Positions 21,920 through 28,915 of a stretch of 57,714 nt of DNA are shown one piece after another (the stretch's first letter is position 1; each line of letters opens with the position of its first letter). The notes beneath the pieces were generated by a model. That model had not been told where the DNA came from. It searched no databases and worked only from the letters and a program-made list of their open reading frames with translations. The position numbers and the translations under genes are program-made. The DNA is from Acidaminococcus sp. CAG:917. GTDB taxonomy: Bacteria > Bacillota > Clostridia > Christensenellales > CAG-917. The stretch is from positions 58,817 to 116,530 of the forward strand of contig FR901028.1 in the NCBI GenBank assembly GCA_000437555.1, in the 5' to 3' direction.

Positions 21920-22504
21920 ATGTCGCTTCAGGAAAGGATTTACAGCGTTTTAGTCGTATCGACATCGGACAAGTTTCTATCGTCCGTATCTCCCCTTTTG
22001 CCCGAAGCGTCATTTTCCCCGATAGACAGAGCAGATAGCGTATCCAAAGCTAAAAGACGGCTGATTGACAAAAGTTATGATATCTTACTCATAAACTCTC
22101 CGCTGTCCGATGAAGACGGCTGTAAACTCGCAATAGATTTCTGCGGCTTATCAAACGGCGTCGCCCTCTTGTTTGTGGCAAGAGAACTTTATCACGAGTT
22201 CTATGATAAAACCGTCGACTTCGGCGTTATGACCGTTCCCACGCCCACAAGCGTTCAGGTCGTATCTCAATCGCTCGATTATACAAGAGCGGTAATAGAA
22301 CGCCTTAAAAGGTTTAACCGCACCGTGACCACCGTTCAGGAAAAAATGAAAGAGATACGGATAGTCAACCGTGCTAAATGGGTTCTCATCAATGAGCTTA
22401 AAATGACGGAAGAGGACGCGCACCGCTATATTGAAAAACAGGCTATGGACAGATGCATCTCCAAAGCGACGGTAGCGCAGAATATTATAAACACATATAA
22501 ATAA
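21920..22504 (+). CDS. ANTAR-domain RNA-binding antiterminator with pseudo-receiver N-terminal domain
   Basis: C-terminus NRAKWVLINELKMTEEDAHRYIEKQAMDRCISKATVAQNII matches the ANTAR pattern. The N-terminal receiver-like fold has Asn59 (YDILLIN) where the phospho-Asp is expected. It lies 12 nt after the GS-I-like gene. Confidence 0.85.
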   Translation: MSLQERIYSVLVVSTSDKFLSSVSPLLPEASFSPIDRADSVSKAKRRLIDKSYDILLINSPLSDEDGCKLAIDFCGLSNGVALLFVARELYHEFYDKTVDFGVMTVPTPTSVQVVSQSLDYTRAVIERLKRFNRTVTTVQEKMKEIRIVNRAKWVLINELKMTEEDAHRYIEKQAMDRCISKATVAQNIINTYK

Positions 22505-22698
22505 GGACGGCTCACCGCCCTTTTAATTTACCCTTTTAAATTCGGTGAAAGTTACATTCACTCTATCCGCCTGCTTAAATATTATTTTTAAAAAGCGTTT
22601 TAATTTCCGCAGTTGCTCCCGATTCCGACTTTCTGTTTATCTTTGGCCATAGAATTTAAAGACGGAATTTTAAGATAATGCACTATAAAATCCCATAT

Positions 22699-22727
22699 AA
22701 AAAAGCCCGAACGCTGTCGGGCTTTTC
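22699..22727. terminator. bidirectional intrinsic terminator
   Basis: AAAAAGCCCGA-acgctg-TCGGGCTTTT between the convergent ANTAR and DtxR-like genes. Confidence 0.75.
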
Positions 22728-22730
22728 ATT

Positions 22731-22791
22731 ATTTAGGGTTTTATCATTTCGGGTTTTATTTATTTAGGGTTTTATTATTTCGTTTTTATTT
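22731..22791. repeat. two tandem ~31-nt repeats
   Basis: ATTTAGGGTTTTATCATTTCGGGTTTTATTT is followed by ATTTAGGGTTTTATTATTTCGTTTTTATTT. The second copy runs into the 3' end of the DtxR-like CDS. Confidence 0.6.
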
Positions 22792-23151
22792 GTTGACGAA
22801 ATTTTTTATAATTTCAAACAACTCGTCCGAAACGACGTGTTCTATTCTGCAAGCGTTTTCTTCTGCCAAAGCGGAATTCGCGCCTATCTTCTCGAGTGCC
22901 TTGGTCAGCACCATATGCCTTTCGTAAATCTTTTCCGCTCTCGACTTCCCCTCGGACGTAAAGGCTATATCTCCGCTTGTTCTGTCAAGCGTTATATAGC
23001 CTTTTTTTACCAAAAGGTTAACTCCCTTTGACACGCTCGACTTTGCATAATTAAGCTCATCGACAATATCCACCGAACGCACGTTCGCTTTTTTCTTTTT
23101 CAAAAGGAAGATTGTTTCAAGATACATTTCCTCTGATTCTTTCGTCCGCAT
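22786..23151 (-). CDS. DtxR/MntR-family metal-dependent transcriptional regulator (short form)
   Basis: MRTKESEEMYLETIFLL...VRSVDIVDELNYAKSSVSKGVNLLVKKGYI (wHTH) then ...YERHMVLTKAL. GGAGG lies 5 nt before ATG 23151. Confidence 0.75.
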   Translation of the reverse strand: MRTKESEEMYLETIFLLKKKKANVRSVDIVDELNYAKSSVSKGVNLLVKKGYITLDRTSGDIAFTSEGKSRAEKIYERHMVLTKALEKIGANSALAEENACRIEHVVSDELFEIIKNFVNK

Positions 23152-23225
23152 ATTTGCCTCCAAAGCTATTTTACTCCATTTAAGATTTTTTGTAAAGGCT
23201 ATTTGATTTCCGTTTGTTTTCCGAT

Positions 23226-23447
23226 TTAATTATTTTCCTTTACCTTTTTAGCTTCGCCGCAAAAACTCAAAACGCCGACAAGTTCCTCGGCTAAGACCTT
23301 GGCTTTGGTATTTTTGTTCCTTACCGCCGTTGTCAATATATATTCTATTTCGGAATTGAGCGAGCGAAAATCGTCGGCAGCCATTTTATTTAACTCCTCC
23401 CACAGCGTAGGAGATATCCTTAATATAAGCTGTTTTTTTTCGGTCAT
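23226..23447 (-). CDS. Arc/CopG-like ribbon-helix-helix DNA-binding protein
   Basis: MTEKKQLILRISPTLWEELNKMAADDFRSLNSEIEYILTTAV is a typical RHH pattern. The track ORF start 23594 overlaps the SPFH gene, while ATG 23447 lies 8 nt after the SPFH stop. Confidence 0.7.
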   Translation of the reverse strand: MTEKKQLILRISPTLWEELNKMAADDFRSLNSEIEYILTTAVRNKNTKAKVLAEELVGVLSFCGEAKKVKENN

Positions 23448-23454
23448 AAACGCC

Positions 23455-24414
23455 TCAATACAGACTTCCGCTGTTGACCACCGGCTGGGCGTCTTTATTG
23501 GCGCAAAGCACCACCATAAGACTTGACACCATTTGCGCTTTCCTTTCGTCGTCGAGTTCGACAAGACCCGTACTCGAAAGTTTTTCGAGAGCAAGCTCCA
23601 CCATTCCTACCGCTCCTTCGACAATGGTAGTTCTTGCGTCTACGACTGCCTTTGCCTGCTGTCTTTGTAGCATAGCGGCGGCGATTTCCTGAGCGTAAGC
23701 AAGGTGGGCTATCCTTGCTTCGACGACTTCGATTCCTGCGATATCCACCCTTTGCTGAAGCTCGTCGCAAAGAGTTTTGGCAATTTCCTGAGCGCTTCCT
23801 CTCAGCGACTTTTCATCGCCGTCGTCGCTTATGTCGTAGGGGTATTGTCTTGCAATATTTCTTATGGCGGCGTCGCTCTGTATCGATATGAAATTGACGT
23901 AGTTATCGACGTTAAACACCGCCTTTGCGGTATCTTTTATCCTCCAGATAACTACGACGCCTATCTCGATAGGATTACCCTCGGCGTCATTGACCTTTTG
24001 CTTATCGTTGTTGAGCGTCATCGCCTTGAGGGATACGTAGTTGCGCCTTGCCATATTGGGAACGGCGGCAGGATTAAATTTTTTGCAAAGCGGATTATAA
24101 AGATAAAATCCTTCCTGTTTTATCGTACCGCTGTATTTACCGAAAAGCACAAGCACCAAAGCCTCGTTGGGCGAAACAACGGCAAAACCGCCCGCCATTA
24201 TGGCATAAACGGGTATAAGCAAATATCCTATGACGTAAACCGCCACAATGGAATTCATATGTCCCAACACTATCATAGCCGTAGAGCCTGCGGCAATCAA
24301 AAGAAAAAGCAACACGCCGATATAACCGTTTAACGGTTTAAGTATCTTTTCGGTATAGTCGCCTTTAACCTTAGCCATAGCCTCGCTATTCAAATTTTTG
24401 TTCCCCTTTTCCAT
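23455..24414 (-). CDS. SPFH/Band-7 (stomatin/prohibitin-like) membrane protein
   Basis: Two N-terminal TM helices, then an SPFH core ...VVIWRIKDTAKAVFNVDNY...IAHLAYAQEIAAAMLQRQQA. GGAGG RBS. Confidence 0.8.
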   Translation of the reverse strand: MEKGNKNLNSEAMAKVKGDYTEKILKPLNGYIGVLLFLLIAAGSTAMIVLGHMNSIVAVYVIGYLLIPVYAIMAGGFAVVSPNEALVLVLFGKYSGTIKQEGFYLYNPLCKKFNPAAVPNMARRNYVSLKAMTLNNDKQKVNDAEGNPIEIGVVVIWRIKDTAKAVFNVDNYVNFISIQSDAAIRNIARQYPYDISDDGDEKSLRGSAQEIAKTLCDELQQRVDIAGIEVVEARIAHLAYAQEIAAAMLQRQQAKAVVDARTTIVEGAVGMVELALEKLSSTGLVELDDERKAQMVSSLMVVLCANKDAQPVVNSGSLY

Positions 24415-24667
24415 AATTACCTCCGTATGACTTTTTGTTTTCTTTCTCGTTTTCTTTTGTTTGTCTTTTAGTTTTCTTTTTGTTTTTTTGTTTTTATTGT
24501 TTGATTTCCTTTTTATGATATATGACTATTTTGTTTTATGCCCTAACTTTTGTCCGTCTTATCTTTTGCAACCGTTTTGTTTTAGCGAGGCTTTATATAC
24601 GGCAAACAATATTTTCCGCCTTTTCGCCGCCTGCCGTGCCTTTCGATTTCCGCCAGCCTATTAAACC

Positions 24668-25144
24668 TTAACCGTTTAAAACTCCTTTTTCTTTTAAGAC
24701 GCTTTCTATTTTTTCTTTTGCAGCGTCTATATCCGCCGCATATCTGATTTTTATCTTTTTGTAATCTGTGATCAAAAACACGTCTCCGTAAGGATAAGCC
24801 TTGCCGTATTTGTTTTTAAAATGCGACACTTTAACCTCTTTTACAGACTTGACAGCGATTGCCTGCCTGTTGAAAAAATCGAAAAAGTTTTCCGAATCGG
24901 TTTTTACGAGCAGACTGTCGGGAAGATTTATATATTTTATATGGGATATGACGCCCAATATCAAAGGCACGGCGATCAACGCGCCTATCCCGATAAAAAC
25001 ATATCTTATAAAAAGAACGTCCTCTTCAAGCGGCAGTAAAAATGCCACCAAAAACATTGCCAGCACGCATAGTCCGAAAAATACTTCCATAAATATAAAT
25101 TCGGTTTTATGCTTATATTCTTTTTTTAAAAGCACTTCTCCCAC
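24668..25144 (-). CDS. hypothetical membrane protein (2 TM + small soluble domain)
   Basis: GTG start with an AGGAG RBS. TM helices FMEVFFGLCVLAMFLVAFLL and FIGIGALIAVPLILGVI. No family recognised. Confidence 0.6.
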   Translation of the reverse strand: MGEVLLKKEYKHKTEFIFMEVFFGLCVLAMFLVAFLLPLEEDVLFIRYVFIGIGALIAVPLILGVISHIKYINLPDSLLVKTDSENFFDFFNRQAIAVKSVKEVKVSHFKNKYGKAYPYGDVFLITDYKKIKIRYAADIDAAKEKIESVLKEKGVLNG

Positions 25145-25198
25145 GCTATATCTCCTCTTTTTGTTTTGATATTAAAATAGTATCACAATTATATCATT

Positions 25199-25228
25199 TT
25201 GTCAATATATGTCAAATCTTCTTAGAAT
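25199..25228 (+). promoter_or_regulatory. possible orphan promoter
   Basis: TTGTCA-18 nt-TAGAAT. No ORF follows before the terminator at 25417-25449. Confidence 0.3.
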
Positions 25229-25259
25229 ATGAAATAACGATAAAACTTAATTGCGATTT

Positions 25260-25421
25260 CATAAAGATACCGATTTTATAAAGTCTTTCTTATTATGATT
25301 CGAGACAAAACAATATTCCGACTATAAAAACCGCATTGCGACTTAATACGAAAAGCCTTTCTGCTCAGTAGAATACCGCATTGCAATCCAATACGAAACC
25401 GCATTACAATTTAAGACAAAA
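25260..25421. repeat. four degenerate ~23-nt direct repeats (ATTGCGAYTTMATAMRAAA core)
   Basis: The cores start at 25260 (ATTGCGATTTCATAAAGATA), 25335 (ATTGCGACTTAATACGAAA), 25380 (ATTGCAATCCAATACGAAA) and 25403 (ATTACAATTTAAGACAAAA). The last two copies are exactly tandem, 23 nt apart. Confidence 0.6.
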
Positions 25422-25449
25422 GAGCGGCAAAGCCGCTCTTTTGCTTTTG
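25417..25449. terminator. bidirectional intrinsic terminator
   Basis: AGAGCGGC-aaa-GCCGCTCT flanked by an A-rich 5' side and TTTGCTTTT on the 3' side. Confidence 0.7.
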
Positions 25450-25523
25450 GAAGATGGTTTGCAACAAACCTTAAAATGGAAATCCTAAATCTACGACAAT
25501 TTAGGCAGGAGAAAACAAATTTA

Positions 25524-25966
25524 TCAGTAAAGCCGTTTTATTATATCGGCGCATTTATCGATCCCTAAAACTCCGCTGTTCAAAGTGATATGGTAGTTTT
25601 GGGCATGCCCCCATTTCATATTGGTATAAAAGCTGTGATATGAGGTGCGTCGCTTGTCTTTGTCCTTTAAACGCTGTTCGGGCGACGCTCCCCTCTCGCC
25701 GTAAACTTCAACAATTCTTTTGGCTCTGAAGTCCATATCGGCGTGAATGAAAACTTTCAGACAATTCGCTTTTTCGCTTAATATATAGTCGGCGCACCTG
25801 CCCACAATGACGCAAGGACCTTTTTGAGCAAGGTCGACGATAATCCGATATTGTATTTACCACAAATAGTCTTCGTTTGAAGGTCCGAACGCGCGGCTTG
25901 CAAGATTGGATAAAAATCCGCCCGTGGAATACTCGCCCGCTTCCGAAACGTATTTTTCGCCTTTCC
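25524..25966 (-). pseudogene. cytidylate kinase-like family gene remnant (5'-truncated and frameshifted)
   Basis: The C-terminal part is intact (GRCADYILS...FIHADMDFRAKRI...YHSFYT...). The upstream part ...EGEKYVSEAGEYSTGGFLSNLASRAFGPSNEDYLW* is in another frame. No P-loop N-terminus is present. Confidence 0.65.
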
Positions 25967-25983
25967 ACCGCTTCCCTCGCTTT

Positions 25984-26274
25984 CCGCAAAATCAGGATTT
26001 TGCGGATTTCATTTGTTAGTTATAAAGCAAACGTATCTTAGGCGAGCGAAGCGAGCGACTCGCAAAAAGCCTGCTTTTTGCGGATTATAAAGGTTTCAAA
26101 AAATGGAGCAAATTTGCCTTTTAATTTTATCCTATTGAAAAATTCGTGAAAGCCTGCTTTCACGAACGCCTAAAGCGTTTTCGTGAATAAGGCAGTGTTT
26201 TTCCGCCACACGCCATAAATGAAAGAAAACGGCTTTAGCCGTTTTCTGATAAATAAGGCGGTGTTTTACCGCCA
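25984..26274. repeat. cluster of at least six independent palindromic hairpins
   Basis: CCGCAAAAT/ATTTTGCGG (25984-26005), CGCAAAAAGC/GCTTTTTGCG (26061-26082), TCGTGAAAGC/GCTTTCACGA (26144-26165), GAAAACGGC/GCCGTTTTC (26225-26246) and GGCGG/CCGCC (26258-26274). A degenerate copy AATAAGGCAGTGTTTTTCCGCCA matches AATAAGGCGGTGTTTTACCGCCA. Confidence 0.7.
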
Positions 26275-26351
26275 TGGTCTGGGTGACAAGAATTGAACTT
26301 GCGACCTCTAGAACCCCATTCTAGCGCGCTACCAAACTGCGCCACACCCAG
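26275..26351 (-). tRNA. tRNA-Pro (anticodon GGG)
   Basis: 77-nt cloverleaf folded by hand. Acceptor CTGGGTG/CACCCAG (C1-G72), D stem GCGC/GCGC, anticodon stem CTAGA/TCTAG with loop A-T-GGG-G-T, T arm GCAAG-TTCAATT-CTTGT, discriminator A and an encoded CCA. Confidence 0.85.
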
Positions 26352-26372
26352 TCGCTTTGTTTGACTTACTTC

Positions 26373-26400
26373 ATTATACCCGAAATTTTAAAAATTTCAA
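26373..26400 (-). promoter_or_regulatory. promoter of tRNA-Pro
   Basis: The minus strand reads TTGAAA-16 nt-TATAAT, ending ~21 nt upstream of the mature tRNA 5' end. Confidence 0.55.
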
Positions 26401-26629
26401 TCGTTTAACATATCTTTTTAATTATTTTTATTTTTTATTTTAAAAGCCGTTACTGTTTTTATATTCAGACACTTTTGAAATTTACCTTATTTTTAAAAGA
26501 TTAGCTTTTTCAATTTCCGTTTTGTATTATTTAATCTATCGAAGACTTTTGCATATCCCCCCCCACATTATAGAATCGACAAGATATATCATTTTTTGTA
26601 ATTATTTTTTAAATTTACTATTGACATTT

Positions 26630-26667
26630 ATTATATAATGAATATTATATAATTATGATTATATAAT
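26630..26667. promoter_or_regulatory. three copies of the 10-bp palindrome ATTATATAAT at an exact 14-bp pitch (candidate TetR operator array overlapping the promoter)
   Basis: The copies are at 26630-26639, 26644-26653 and 26658-26667. A TTGACA lies at 26621-26626 immediately upstream. Confidence 0.5.
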
Positions 26668-26804
26668 TAAAATAAAGTCTGACGGTAAACTGACGGCTTA
26701 TTGTGCAGGCTTTATTATATAAAGGTCGTTTGGGATATAAAGTCTGAAATTGACAACAATAAAGAAAAGGCTTTCGGGCGATGCGTGTATTTAAGAGGTA
26801 AAAG

Positions 26805-27353
26805 ATGGGACCTAAGGTAAAAATTCAAAAAGAACAGATAACCGATGCGGCATTTGAAATCGTGCGCAAAGGCGGAATGGATTCGCTTACCGCAAAATCG
26901 CTTGCGGCAAAACTTAAATGTTCTACCCAGCCTATTTTTTGCCATTATAAAGGTATGAACGATTTAAAGAGCGTCATAGGTCAAAAAGCGGAAGACTATT
27001 TCAGAGAATGTTTAAGCAGACCCATTCAGGGTATAAGCTCGTTTAAAGCGGTTGGATTAAATTATATTGAATTCGCTGCACGCGAAAAAGGACTTTTTAA
27101 AACGCTTTATATGCACAAAAGATTGGGCGACGTTTTTCTTGACGAAAAAAACGAAGAATATATTTTAAAAGTTATGGACGAAAATCCCGGACTTGATAAG
27201 GGCGAGGCGCAGAGGGTATTCAAAGAACTTTGGATATTTTCGCACGGTATAGCCTCTATGATTGCGACGGAAACGGCTTCTTTTTCGGAAACCGAAATTC
27301 AGACGATGCTTACGGACGTATATAAAGGTATTTTAAAATCCTTTCAAAATTAA
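26805..27353 (+). CDS. TetR/AcrR-family transcriptional regulator
   Basis: N-terminal HTH KEQITDAAFEIVRKGGMDSLTAKSLAAKLKCSTQPIFCHYKGMNDL. 182 aa. Confidence 0.85.
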   Translation: MGPKVKIQKEQITDAAFEIVRKGGMDSLTAKSLAAKLKCSTQPIFCHYKGMNDLKSVIGQKAEDYFRECLSRPIQGISSFKAVGLNYIEFAAREKGLFKTLYMHKRLGDVFLDEKNEEYILKVMDENPGLDKGEAQRVFKELWIFSHGIASMIATETASFSETEIQTMLTDVYKGILKSFQN

Positions 27354-27385
27354 AATTATAAAACTTAAACTTTAAGGAGGTAAAT

Positions 27386-28912
27386 ATGGACAAATACGAT
27401 GCAGTGGTTATCGGTGGCGGAAACGGCGGACTTGTTGCGGCAATACGTTTGCTTCAGGGCGGAGCAAAAGTTTTGCTTGTGGAAAAGCACAATCTCCCCG
27501 GCGGTTTTGCCACGAGTTTCAAAAGAGGCAGATTTGAATTTGAAGCCTCTCTGCACGAACTGAACGACTTCGGAACAAAGGATAATGCCGGAGACGTAAG
27601 AGACCTTTTCGACGCACTCGGCGTTACCGACAAAATCGATTGGACGGAAATTCCCGAGGCTTACAGAGTCATATCGAGGGAAGAGAAAATCGACGCTACC
27701 ATGCCGTTTGGCATAAAAGCGTTTATCGACAAAATGGAGTCATACGTTCCCGGAAGCAGAACGTCGATGGAAAAGTTCTTCGAGCTTGCCAAGACGATAC
27801 ATGCGGCACAGGCATATTCTAACTCGGTAAACGGCGCAACGGATAAAAAGGTCATGCTGTCGAAATACGACAATTTTGTCAGAGTGGGCTCATACTCTGT
27901 CAACGAGGTTTTAGACGCATTAAAGATGCCCAAAAAAGCAAAGGACATTTTAAACGCATATTGGTGTTACCTTGGCGCACACTGCGACGACCTAAGCTTT
28001 ATCCACTATGCTTCAATGGTTTACAGATATATCACCAAAGGTGCGTCGATGCCCAAAATGCGCTCGCACGAGATATCTCTCGCCCTTGTCGAAAGGATAA
28101 GAGAGCTGGGCGGCGACGTGTGGTTTAACACGGAAGCGGTTAAAATTCTGACGGGTGGCGACGGAATAGAGGGCGTCGTTTTGAACGGCGGCAAGACGAT
28201 ACAGACAAGACACGTCATAGCCAACTGCGCTCCGCACCTCGTATACGGCAAAATGATAGACAACGTCCCCGAACGTATCGTAAAGGCGACAAACGCAAGA
28301 AAGTTTGCAGGCAGAGGTCTTACCATGTTCTTGGGGCTCAACAAGAGCGCAGACGAGCTGGGTATCGAGAATCACAACTATTTCCTATACGACACGATGG
28401 ATTCTAAAAAGCAATACGAGCTCATGAAAAAGATTTCCACAAACAAGGTTCAGGCGACCGTATGCCTAAACAGAGCGTATCCCGAATGCTCGCCTAAGGG
28501 CACGTGTATGATGTATTTTACCACGCTGTTTATGGAAGACGATTGGGGCAACGTTTCGGCAAAAGACTATTTCAAGGTGAAAGACGAATACGCAAAAGTG
28601 ATGATTGACCGTTTTGAAAAAGATACGGGCTCGAAGATTTCCGACTCTATCGAGGAAATTTCTCTTGCTACGCCCATGACCTACGCTCACTACTGCGGAC
28701 ACCCCGAAGGCGACATATACGGATACGAGTCGCAATATTGGGACGGACTCACTCCCCGTCTTTTGATGATGAACGAAGATTATCAAAACGGTATAAGAGG
28801 CTTAAGATTTGCAGGCGGATATTCGATGAGACTTTCGGGATATTCAAGCGCATATTTCTCAGGCGACATTTCAGGCCGACAGACTGTCGGAGATATAAAG
28901 AGGGAGGGTTAA
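27386..28912 (+). CDS. phytoene desaturase (CrtI)/RetSat-like NAD(P)/FAD-dependent oxidoreductase
   Basis: Rossmann start MDKYDAVVIGGGNGGLVAAIRLLQGGAKVLLVEKHNLPGG. 508 aa with a C-terminal GLRFAGG block. AAGGAGG RBS. Confidence 0.75.
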   Translation: MDKYDAVVIGGGNGGLVAAIRLLQGGAKVLLVEKHNLPGGFATSFKRGRFEFEASLHELNDFGTKDNAGDVRDLFDALGVTDKIDWTEIPEAYRVISREEKIDATMPFGIKAFIDKMESYVPGSRTSMEKFFELAKTIHAAQAYSNSVNGATDKKVMLSKYDNFVRVGSYSVNEVLDALKMPKKAKDILNAYWCYLGAHCDDLSFIHYASMVYRYITKGASMPKMRSHEISLALVERIRELGGDVWFNTEAVKILTGGDGIEGVVLNGGKTIQTRHVIANCAPHLVYGKMIDNVPERIVKATNARKFAGRGLTMFLGLNKSADELGIENHNYFLYDTMDSKKQYELMKKISTNKVQATVCLNRAYPECSPKGTCMMYFTTLFMEDDWGNVSAKDYFKVKDEYAKVMIDRFEKDTGSKISDSIEEISLATPMTYAHYCGHPEGDIYGYESQYWDGLTPRLLMMNEDYQNGIRGLRFAGGYSMRLSGYSSAYFSGDISGRQTVGDIKREG

Positions 28913-28915
28913 ACT

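Noticed and set aside
22530-22660. 16-aa minus-strand ORF MAKDKQKVGIGSNCGN, reminiscent of the NCGS motif in the Cys-rich peptide at 47240.
   Set aside because: It has no Shine-Dalgarno sequence and is very short. The similarity is limited to 3-4 residues.
23448-23594. Long form of ORF 23226..23594, which overlaps the SPFH gene.
   Set aside because: The upstream 49 codons overlap the SPFH C-terminus in another frame. The RHH domain begins at the internal Met (23447).
25984-26400. Integrated mobile element at tRNA-Pro.
   Set aside because: No integrase, recombinase or phage/ICE genes lie on either side. Only a short flank duplication and a decayed gene remain, which I reported as a possible scar instead.
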